DNA of 62,981 nucleotides, filler included, from Thraustochytrium aureum (Eukaryota): assembly GCA_012862495.1 (NCBI GenBank). It is 8 parts of 3 records of this genome, joined end to end, with 100 filler letters (N's around TTAATTAATTAA, not from the genome) between each part and the next. Parts side by side here need not be neighbours in the genome. Positions count along the whole stretch, not along the records: positions 31,965 to 38,939 come from BLSG01000456.1; positions 39,040 to 45,182 come from BLSG01000456.1; 6 more parts are not named here. The stretch is one strand, 5' to 3'. The notes beneath the pieces were generated by a model that made no database searches, was not told where the DNA came from, and was given only the letters and a program-made list of their open reading frames with translations. Positions 33,046 through 42,582 of this stretch are shown here, one piece after another (the first letter of the stretch is position 1; the number at the start of each line of letters is the position of its first letter). A program made the translations under genes and the position numbers.

Positions 33046-34421
33046 NNNNNNNNNNNNNNNNNNNNNNNNNNNNNNNNNNNNNNNNNNNNNNNNNNNNNNN
33101 NNNNNNNNNNNNNNNNNNNNNNNNNNNNNNNNNNNNNNNNNNNNNNNNNNNNNNNNNNNNNNNNNNNNNNNNNNNNNNNNNNNNNNNNNNNNNNNNNNNN
33201 NNNNNNNNNNNNNNNNNNNNNNNNNNNNNNNNNNNNNNNNNNNNNNNNNNNNNNNNNNNNNNNNNNNNNNNNNNNNNNNNNNNNNNNNNNNNNNNNNNNN
33301 NNNNNNNNNNNNNNNNNNNNNNNNNNNNNNNNNNNNNNNNNNNNNNNNNNNNNNNNNNNNNNNNNNNNNNNNNNNNNNNNNNNNNNNNNNNNNNNNNNNN
33401 NNNNNNNNNNNNNNNNNNNNNNNNNNNNNNNNNNNNNNNNNNNNNNNNNNNNNNNNNNNNNNNNNNNNNNNNNNNNNNNNNNNNNNNNNNNNNNNNNNNN
33501 NNNNNNNNNNNNNNNNNNNNNNNNNNNNNNNNNNNNNNNNNNNNNNNNNNNNNNNNNNNNNNNNNNNNNNNNNNNNNNNNNNNNNNNNNNNNNNNNNNNN
33601 NNNNNNNNNNNNNNNNNNNNNNNNNNNNNNNNNNNNNNNNNNNNNNNNNNNNNAATGATGGCCGAGTGCCTGGCGGATGAATGATGGACACAAGCCTGCC
33701 TCCCGATGTCCGTGATGATCCACCATGCGTGTTGTGGAGCGGAGGTATGGCCATCGACAGCCTCAGACCGGGCATAGCGGCGAACGTCAGAAGCCGCGTA
33801 CTGAGACCGGTCCGGCGGGACCGGAATCGCGAGCAAAAGAACGTGGCGAACGACGATGGCCTTCCGATGTCGGCACAAAGCGCCCCCAAAGTCTCATTGA
33901 TGATGAATCAATGATCATGACTCTCGCGGGCCTGTTGTCAAAGTCAAAGCCATAGTCAATGTCAAAGCCTGAATGTTGCAGCGTTGATTCGTCAGCGATG
34001 GTCGAGCGAGCACGCAGCCGAGTCTGTCGCGAGTCGAGATCGAGCACCGACTCGAGATCGTACATCACAACGACGCGGACGTCGCTCGCCTCCCCCATCG
34101 CGGCGCCGATGCCCGCATCCAAGCTGGCCGGGCCTCCGCGATACTCTACGTGCAATCTCTTACGCGAGGCATGACTAAGCCCGGTTAGGTTAGGTTTCAC
34201 TTATAAACCTAACCCGTATGTCCGTTGGAAAAAGTTGCGTTGGGCGAAGGCCGCGTGATGTGAATGATCGACCAGCCGAGCAGCAATCAGCCAGCCACGA
34301 GCAGTAGCAGCGGCGGCAGTGGCGCTAGGAGCAGTGGCGCATTGGCTGTTTGCTGCTTTTGCGCGCTCTGCTTTCTCCGATCCGTCGCCGGGCATCTCGC
34401 GGCGCGCGAGTTGTTGTCCTC

Positions 34422-35924
34422 ATGGAGTCCAAGGTCGGGATGCTCGATGAGCCCGAGAGCAAGGGCGGCGAAGGCAAGGGCGCCGACGCGGAGGAAGAGG
34501 ACATCGTCTTGCGCTTCATGATCCTGCCGGAAGGGTTTCCGCACTTTATGTCGCTTCCCAGGACCGCCACCGTGGACGAGGTCAGGCGGTGCGTGGCAGA
34601 CGACCTCCAGCTCCCGCCAGACGCACTCATCTTGACGGGCGCAGGGCTCGACAAGGAGGAAAACTTGATGCACTTGGAGGTCGGCAAAGAGTACGAGGTA
34701 AACCTGGAAATCCAGCGCGACGTCGTCGAGGCCTCCACGCAGTACAAGCTGCCGAGCTCGCTCGAGGTGGTCGTGCACTTTGACGACGACAACGTGCCTT
34801 CGAAGACGATCATCGTGGACATTGTGCGCGAGGACCTCGAGAAGCGCAAGCCCTACCTCGGCGGCTACCGCAACAAAAAGACGGGGATCGAGTTTCACCA
34901 CGCCGCGACGCAACGGTTTGCGGCCAAAAAGCAGGCGGAGAGCGCGCCAAAGGTGCGGTACACGCGCGAGACGCAGACCGCGATCGTCGCGAGCCGCACC
35001 GCCCAGACGATTCGCGAGAGCGGGACGCAGATGGCCCGGCCGGACCTGCTATTGGACACGTCCACGGACAAGCTCATGATCCCGAAACCATACTTCAACT
35101 CGGACATGCTGCACGCGCTGCGCGTCAAGTCGACGCTAACGATTCAGCGGTACTGGCGCGGCTACATGGCTCGGGTGCGGGCGTACAACCTGAGGCTCGA
35201 CCGCTCCGAGAGGCTCGAGGAGCAGCACCGGCTGCGCGAGGCCCGCGAACAGGAGGAGAAGGAGCAGCACAAGCGCGAGGTCGAGCGGCGCATGAACCCG
35301 ACCAAGGCGGCCGACTTTGAGGTGCTCTACAACGAGCTGGAGAACTGGCGGCAGCACGAGACGGACAGGATCAAGTCGACACCAGGGCTGAGCGAAAAGG
35401 ATCGGCAAAAGCAGCTCGAAGAGCTCCTGCACAAGGAGACGAAACTGTTGCAGACGATCGACCGGCTCAAGCTGAGCGCCAACGAGGGCAACCGCAAGCA
35501 GCGCATCCGCAAGGTGCTCGAGATGATGTCGGCGCCGAAAAAGTGGCAAATGTCCGACGGCGACGTCGCGCTCGTCCACACGCCCTTTACGACGCGCGCC
35601 AAGGAGCTATTCGACCTCTACGAGGCCCTCAACCTGACCGGGACGTCTGTGGACGAGCGCCTCGACATTCTGCTCCACGTCAAGTGGACCGCAAAAGAGT
35701 TTGACTGCGGCCTCACGCGGGACCTCGTCGACCTTATCGATCGCGAGGCGGACCTGCTCAACCGCGGCCGCGCCGAGAAGGCGCTGACGGGCCTCCGCAA
35801 GCGGATCTCCACCCTGTTTTTGCAGTTTGTCGAGACGCCCGACTTTAACCCCGAGGCGGCTCGGTTTCAGCAGGTCCCGCGCGAGCTGGTCAACCGCCCG
35901 CAGATTGTACCAAAGCTAAAGTAA
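34422..35924 (+). CDS. IQUB: IQ and ubiquitin-like domain protein (radial spoke-associated, flagellar)
   Basis: N-terminal Ubl, KPYLGGYRNKKTGIEFHHAATQ, RETQT, IQ motif IQRYWRGYMAR, RRMNP...DFEVLYNELENWR, RLDILLHVKWT, LIDREADLLNRG, FNPEA. Confidence 0.93.
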   Translation: MESKVGMLDEPESKGGEGKGADAEEEDIVLRFMILPEGFPHFMSLPRTATVDEVRRCVADDLQLPPDALILTGAGLDKEENLMHLEVGKEYEVNLEIQRDVVEASTQYKLPSSLEVVVHFDDDNVPSKTIIVDIVREDLEKRKPYLGGYRNKKTGIEFHHAATQRFAAKKQAESAPKVRYTRETQTAIVASRTAQTIRESGTQMARPDLLLDTSTDKLMIPKPYFNSDMLHALRVKSTLTIQRYWRGYMARVRAYNLRLDRSERLEEQHRLREAREQEEKEQHKREVERRMNPTKAADFEVLYNELENWRQHETDRIKSTPGLSEKDRQKQLEELLHKETKLLQTIDRLKLSANEGNRKQRIRKVLEMMSAPKKWQMSDGDVALVHTPFTTRAKELFDLYEALNLTGTSVDERLDILLHVKWTAKEFDCGLTRDLVDLIDREADLLNRGRAEKALTGLRKRISTLFLQFVETPDFNPEAARFQQVPRELVNRPQIVPKLK

Positions 35925-36008
35925 AAACGCTTCTTGCCCTTGAGAAAGATGAAACATGAGCTGGCTTGCCTCCCCGTCTATTTCTCCGGCTCGAGCAAAC
36001 AGACAAAG

Positions 36009-38686
36009 CTACCCCCTCCACTGCATTACGAGGTTGTTGCCGCCAAACCCGGCCAGCAAGGCTGCGACAAAGACGAGCGCGTGCGCCAACGGCGCGCGAG
36101 ACGCTGCAAATCGGAGGGAGCGCAGGCCGAAATGCGCCACGTTGGCGAACCCGACGAGGTCGAGGGCTGGCGAGCCGTTCGATCGTTTGCCGCCGCCGGT
36201 CAGCGCCCCTAGCTCCGTCCTTGCCAGCTCTGCGCAAGGAAAAGCAACTTACCGTATCCAACGTGGCGCCTCGACAGCCGGTCTCGAGCGCAAAGGCGAG
36301 CGAGCAAGCGACGTAAAACCCGGCTGCAGCCTGCGCTGGCACATAGCTGTTGAAGAACCGCACGCACGACCAGACCTCCTGCCCGAGGCTGTACGACGGC
36401 ATCCGCGTCCCCGGTGGGTGCACGCGAAAGGTTCGCTCAAAGACGCCGCGCTCTTGAAGCTTGCGCACAAACCCGCGCGACAGAACAACGTGCCGCGATG
36501 CCATCGTTGGCACGGACACCAAAAGGTCTGGGGCATCCTCGCCATCCGGGGCGGCCTCTTGCTCGACCATCGCCGAGCGCACCGTGTCCATAAAGCTGTC
36601 GACCTCGCTCGCTTCGTTCCTTAGCAGCGGCTTGGACGACTCGAGCGGGCCCCAGCACACCGAGGCCGCACGGTACACGTGCTGATCCTCGTAGATGAAT
36701 GAGAGCCGATTCGGCCGGACGAGAGGCGCCGTCTGAGCCGCACCCGGCGGGCTAGCCGCCACCCGGTTGCCGAGCGCGTCGAGGGACCACACGCGAAACT
36801 CGTAGGCCGTGTCAGGTTGGAGCCCGTATATGATTGCAGTCCCACTGCAACGGAGTGCGCCGCGGGAACGCGAGGTCGCGCCGCTTGGCAAGAGGACCGA
36901 GGCGAGCACAGCTATCGCGGCCAAGACTGTGACATCCATGAGGAGTGCCGGGTTTTTGGCTCCAACAATGTACATGACGGCCAACGCGGCGACTTGCGGC
37001 AGAGCGAGCAATGTTCCAGACCTGCAACTCGCCGTAATGGCGATGGCGTCAGGACTCGTCCACTCGGCTGGCGGAGCCGCCGTGCCCGGTTTGGGGCGTC
37101 TGCATTCCAGCTCGATGGAAGGTCGCGCCCCGTGACCGGACACCTGCCAGCCAAGCTCGATCATGGCCGAGTTTGCGAGCCGCGTCTCGACCGCCACCGC
37201 GACGGCGGCCTCGCCTGGCGCAGCTTCTTGGGCGGCCCTCGTGGCCTCGAGCTCGTTCCGCAGCGCGCTGGGGCCGCGGAGAGCCGCTGCAACGGCGAGG
37301 GCGACGCTCGCGCCACCAAGCAGCGCTGACGAGGCCACGTGCGCCTCGAAAATCTCGCCGCACGCCACGGCCCACCCCGCGATCAGCGGGAGGGCGAAGA
37401 GGCCAACGGTCCGCAGTGCCGCGAGGGCTGCTCTTGCCGTTGCGGCGGCGCCACGAGCAGAGCGCGGAACAAGGGCGGCGACCTGCCGCGAAGCCTTTGT
37501 CCGGGCGCGGGCAACGGCGGCGTCCCGCCACTGGTTGAGGCTGCTTGTCACGTCGGCCAGCAGGCGCTGGGCCGCGGGCCATCCCGCTTTGGCCGCGTGA
37601 ACGCAAGCGGGGAACCCGCAAGCAACGCCGACGAAACCAGCCACCCGACCATGTACATTGCGTGTGCCAGCGCCGCGACGCCGAACGGCAGCCCGTAGAA
37701 GCGGCTTATTCCGGCGACGTCGAGCCGCGGCCCGCGAAACGGGAACGGGTTGCCCGCCACCTCTTCCGCCACCAGGAGGGCGGCGCCTCCCACGACAAGC
37801 AGCGCCGCGCCCTGCCAGCCCGTCTTGGTCCACCCGGGCGTGGGGCCGACCTTGACTGCGAAACTCGTGGACCCAGACGCGCCGACCGGCGGGCATTTGG
37901 CAAGGAGCCACGAGGTCAGCACATGCGCCTGCCCGAGCTCGTCCACAAGGTAAAACACGGCTCGCTTGCTCCGCCCGTTCAGCGACACGTTCAGGAGGGA
38001 CCTGATTGCCAGAGCGACGTCCTCGCGCGCCGACGAGCTGCACAGGTCAAACTCGATGCGCTCGCGCCGTCCGTGGATCGTGACCACCAAAGCTCGAAAG
38101 TCCAGCTCCGGGCCAGAGTCGGCGGACCCGTCTGTTGCGGGCTCTGTTGCAACGGCGGGTGGGGGCTCGTGAGGTGCTTGGGCATCGGGTGCTTTGACGT
38201 GCTCTGCCCCGGCATGGGGAGCTTCGACATGCTCTACTTCGGCATGGGGTGCTTCGACATGCTCTGCTTCGACATGCTCTGCTTCGGCATTGGGTGCTCC
38301 GACATGCTCTGCTTCGGCATCGGGTGCTTCAACGTGCTCTGCTTCGGCATCGGGTGCTCCGACATGCTCTGCTTCAGGCTGTTCCTGCGGCACTGCGGGC
38401 GGCTGCGCGGTCGGTTCAAAGCCTGGCGCAGCCGCCACATTTCCGCTTGGCTGTCGTTCTCCCCGTCCTCCCCAGGTGCGGCACTGCTCTCACTGCTGCT
38501 CGTCCCGTTGCTGCTGTTGCTGCTCGTTTTCGACCTCGTCGCCGCCTTTGCCCTTCGCGGGCGCGCTGCCTTCGCTGGGGCCTTGCCAGCGGCAGCATCC
38601 GCCGCGCTCGACTCGGAGGCCTCGCTCGCGGCGTCCTGGTCGGCCTTGCGCCTGAGCCGCGTCGACCTCCGCACCGTCCCGCTCAT
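36009..38686 (-). CDS. Multi-pass membrane protein with N-terminal acidic decapeptide repeats and an FN3-like domain; several frameshifts
   Basis: MSGTVRRSTRLRRK (ATG 38686) shifts into ORF 37548..38438 (EAEHVEAPDA repeats, TM segments), then ORF 35890..38043 (TMs, IIYGLQPDTAYEFRVWS). A hydrophobic C-terminus in another frame ends at TAG 36009-36011. Confidence 0.55.
38180..38375 (-). repeat. Coding 30-bp tandem repeat (EAEHVEAPDA-like, about 6 units)
   Basis: Plus-strand unit approximately GCTTCGGCATCGGGTGCTCCGACATGCTCT, with one 15-bp half unit. Confidence 0.9.
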
Positions 38687-38740
38687 CCTCGAGCTCGACG
38701 TCGAAGATGGTCTGCCGCAGCGCACCTAACTGCCATGCTG

Positions 38741-38939
38741 CGTGAATGCTCCTTTCGTTCGTCGGCGCCGCGTTCGTGAATGCTTCTTTAGTTCGTCAGC
38801 GCCGCGTTCGTTTCGTTCGTCAGCGCAGCGTTCGTGAATGCTATTTTTGTTCGTCAGCGCCGCGTTCGTGAATGCTCCTTTAGTTCGTGAATGCTCCTTT
38901 CGTTCGTCAGCACCACGTTCGTTTCGTTCGTCGGCGCCG
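38741..38939. repeat. Modular non-coding minisatellite (34-bp AB unit) running into the scaffold end
   Basis: Modules A=CGTGAATGCTCCTTTCGTT (19 bp), B=CGTCAGCGCCGCGTT (15 bp), C=CGTTTCGTT (9 bp), in the order ABABCBABAABCB. Confidence 0.9.
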
Positions 38940-39039
38940 NNNNNNNNNNNNNNNNNNNNNNNNNNNNNNNNNNNNNNNNNNNNTTAATTAATTAANNNNN
39001 NNNNNNNNNNNNNNNNNNNNNNNNNNNNNNNNNNNNNNN

Positions 39040-40067
39040 AAAATCGACTCGGCCCTGGTTGCGCGCGTTCGCGCCCTGGTCAACACGGATGAGGAGGCGG
39101 ATGAGCTCGCGGCAGCTGTTGGCAACGACTCGCGGCTCGAGGTGTGGCTGGCCGACAAGAGCAACGAGAGCCTCGAGGGGATCAACGTTGTAGTCACCGG
39201 CAAGACGCGCTACGACACTTTTCGCGGCGCTGTCCGCGTGAAAAACCTCGACGAACTCACCATGAAGGTCGCTATGCGCACCGAAGCGCTCATGGAGCGC
39301 TACGAAAAGGCGGGCGTCCAGCGCGTCGTGCTCCTCTCGTCCACCTCGACGCTCGAGCACGCGCGGCCCTGGGGCGATACGATCCCGCTCACCGAGGACG
39401 ACTGGAACAACGTGACTGATCCGAAGCGTCTCACAAAGCTCTCGCGCGACCCGGCGGACGTTTGGTGCCGGATGGCGATCGAGAAGACGATGCTGCGCAT
39501 CTCGCGCGAGCCGGGCTCCAAGGTGCGCGTGACCTCTATCGTTCCCGCGAGATCGGCGGCCCGGCGCTGCTCAAGCACGTCGGCCCTGACCAAGAGATCA
39601 TCGCGCGCCTTTTGCAAGGCGAGCTTCCTTACATCGTCGACTACAAGTACCCGGTTGTCGACGTGCGTGACGTGTCGCGCATCATGGTGAGCGCGGTCTT
39701 TACGCCCTCGTCCGTCAACCGCCGGTTCATCTTCACTGGCAAGCGTTGCGTGCAGCAGCGCGAGCACATTAGCGTCGCCTGCGACGAGCTTGCGAACCGC
39801 GTTGCGGACGAGACCTTGAGCCAGCGTCTCTCAAAGCACCAGCCCAAGCTCCTCTCGTCGCTGCAAGCCAAGATCAAGGCCAACTTTGACCCAAATGTCG
39901 CGATGGCAGTCGCGCTGCACGGCAAGCAGCCCAACTTTACCGCCTTTGACTTTTCGCGCTCTGCAGTGCGCACCGTGTTGCGAATCGATACGATCGAGCG
40001 CGTCGAGGATACGCTTTTGGAAACGGCTCGCTCAGTCGCCGCGGTGCTCAACATCGACCTGAAATGA
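39040..40067 (+). CDS. Extended-SDR / NAD-dependent epimerase (DFR/CCR-like) fold protein; 5'-truncated, frameshift ~39550
   Basis: AGVQRVVLLSSTST, LTEDDWN, VTSIVP..IGGP, VVDVRDVS, RRFI. The catalytic YxxxK position looks degenerate (DVWCRMAIE). Confidence 0.65.
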
Positions 40068-40631
40068 CCGCGCCCCGGGCCAAGGCCCCGGTCGCCCTCC
40101 ATCTATAGACAGCTGCTGGCTCTCTTGCTCTCTAGAGAGCGACGTTGAGCTTCTCGTGGAGAGAGTTGTGCGTCGAGCTGAAACGATCACGCCGCGGGGC
40201 GGCCCCGCTCGTGTCAAGCCCGCGCCGTCTTCCTGGCACTCGCGAGAGTGAGCATCCTTGTAGAGTATCAATCAATCAATCAATCAATCAAACAGCCTTT
40301 GACTTGTCGCAGATCAATGCCTGCTTGCCTGCCTGCCTGCCTGCCCGAGCCGAGCCGCCACGCGAAGCAAGCATTCGCTGGCGCGCCTGGAGTCCCTCTC
40401 GTTCGTCTTTCCTTTGGGCGGAAGAGGCGTTGCGAGCGTTGACACCTCTTGAAAGCGTCCCTCCCCCTGATTCTCCCCACACTTGCCTGTACGGCTCACG
40501 GGCACGGCAGACGCTCGAACGCTGCGAGCAGCGGAGACGGTGGGCTTGGCGCCGGCTGCGATCGTGCGCGCCGCCTGAACGCTGGCGTTGAGGTCGACCT
40601 CGGCGGGCGATTTGGGCAAGTGCGAGTCCAA

Positions 40632-41090
40632 ATGGCGCTGGGCAGGACGGCCGCTGCCGCTGGCGTCCTGGTCGCTGCCGTGCTCTTCCCGCTCCAGGGC
40701 AGGGGCCTAGGCGTGCTGAACGTGCAGAGGCCACCGGGGCTCCCGCCAACGAGAACGGGCGTTGACTCTCAGCTTGCGTGGCCGCCAGAAACAACTCCCG
40801 CACCAAGTGTTTCGGCCAAGGCGGCCAAGGCTGAAACGACGAGCAAGCCGACACTCGCGCCCTCGGACGGGCCGTCGGTCGCACCGTCAGTGGGGCCCAC
40901 AACGCTACCCTCGGCCACGCCCACGGCGTCGCCGACTGCCGAGCCATCCATTGCGCCGTCGCCAACTGGCGTCGAGCTCGAGGCCCTCTGCCACAACGCG
41001 CAGCGCGACGAGCACGAGGCCGGGATCGACTGCGGGGGCGCCTGGTGCTCCAAGCGGTGCTCTTCGGGGAGCTCTTGCAATAGCTCGAGC
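40632..41090 (+). CDS. Secreted/surface protein with Pro/Thr/Ser stalk and Cys-rich motif (3' part in gap)
   Basis: Signal-like MALGRTAAAAGVLVAAVLFPLQGRG, PTLAPS..PTASPTAEPSIAP stalk, CHNAQRDEHEAGIDCGGAWCSKRC. Confidence 0.7.
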
Positions 41091-42405
41091 NNNNNNNNNN
41101 NNNNNNNNNNNNNNNNNNNNNNNNNNNNNNNNNNNNNNNNNNNNNNNNNNNNNNNNNNNNNNNNNNNNNNNNNNNNNNNNNNNNNNNNNNNNNNNNNNNN
41201 NNNNNNNNNNNNNNNNNNNNNNNNNNNNNNNNNNNNNNNNNNNNNNNNNNNNNNNNNNNNNNNNNNNNNNNNNNNNNNNNNNNNNNNNNNNNNNNNNNNN
41301 NNNNNNNNNNNNNNNNNNNNNNNNNNNNNNNNNNNNNNNNNNNNNNNNNNNNNNNNNNNNNNNNNNNNNNNNNNNNNNNNNNNNNNNNNNNNNNNNNNNN
41401 NNNNNNNNNNNNNNNNNNNNNNNNNNNNNNNNNNNNNNNNNNNNNNNNNNNNNNNNNNNNNNNNNNNNNNNNNNNNNNNNNNNNNNNNNNNNNNNNNNNN
41501 NNNNNNNNNNNNNNNNNNNNNNNNNNNNNNNNNNNNNNNNNNNNNNNNNNNNNNNNNNNNNNNNNNNNNNNNNNNNNNNNNNNNNNNNNNNNNNNNNNNN
41601 NNNNNNNNNNNNNNNNNNNNNNNNNNNNNNNNNNNNNNNNNNNNNNNNNNNNNNNNNNNNNNNNNNNNNNNNNNNNNNNNNNNNNNNNNNNNNNNNNNNN
41701 NNNNNNNNNNNNNNNNNNNNNNNNNNNNNNNNNNNNNNNNNNNNNNNNNNNNNNNNNNNNNNNNNNNNNNNNNNNNNNNNNNNNNNNNNNNNNNNNNNNN
41801 NNNNNNNNNNNNNNNNNNNNNNNNNNNNNNNNNNNNNNNNNNNNNNNNNNNNNNNNNNNNNNNNNNNNNNNNNNNNNNNNNNNNNNNNNNNNNNNNNNNN
41901 NNNNNNNNNNNNNNNNNNNNNNNNNNNNNNNNNNNNNNNNNNNNNNNNNNNNNNNNNNNNNNNNNNNNNNNNNNNNNNNNNNNNNNNNNNNNNNNNNNNN
42001 NNNNNNNNNNNNNNNNNNNNNNNNNNNNNNNNNNNNNNNNNNNNNNNNNNNNNNNNNNNNNNNNNNNNNNNNNNNNNNNNNNNGACTCTGCGGCCTCGGC
42101 GCCGCTTCCGTAGCAGTCGGGCTCTGGGAACGGTCCCGGTCTTTCTGCCAAGGCACGAGCCCGTGGTGGCGCAGAAAGCCCAAGCCGACTGCGGTCCACG
42201 AGGAGCGCCCGGCCATCAACTCCACTTCCGAGCCGCGATGTTGAGCCTGCGCAGCTGATCCCCTATCTAGAGCAAGTAGAGCTCTTGATCATAGATCATC
42301 GATCAAAAGCAAGAAAGCAACGAATCAACCCGAGCAGGGTCGCAGCAGCATTCATTCGTTCAGCTCTTGATCATTGATCCTGATCAAGCAAGCAAGCAAC
42401 GAATC

Positions 42406-42474
42406 AACCCGAGCAGACTGACTTGCAGCTGCTTCATTCGTCCAGGTGCTGCTGCAAGTCAGTCTGCTCGGGTT
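42406..42474. repeat. Perfect 24-bp inverted repeat (21-nt loop) overlapping an ~82-bp imperfect tandem duplication (42281-42445)
   Basis: AACCCGAGCAGACTGACTTGCAGC (42406-42429) and GCTGCAAGTCAGTCTGCTCGGGTT (42451-42474). Confidence 0.9.
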
Positions 42475-42582
42475 CGTCCGTGCAAGACACACATCACCAC
42501 CACCCACATCAGCCAAGGCAACCGGGCAAAACGGCACGAAGCTCGCCCTGTTCCAGGCCTCATCCATCTCTGGCAGACCTCG

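Noticed and set aside
36230..36252. Possible 23-nt GTAAGT...CAG mini-intron on the minus strand
   Set aside because: Splicing it leads to a stop within 7 codons, whereas a 1-nt shift gives the plausible hydrophobic C-terminus.
38741..38939. CRISPR-like array (34-bp periodicity)
   Set aside because: No unique spacers, units are directly tandem, no cas genes, eukaryotic context.
40267..40344. (ATCA)n and (GCCT)n tracts; also (CAG)n at ~57474-57578
   Set aside because: Ordinary short intergenic microsatellites.
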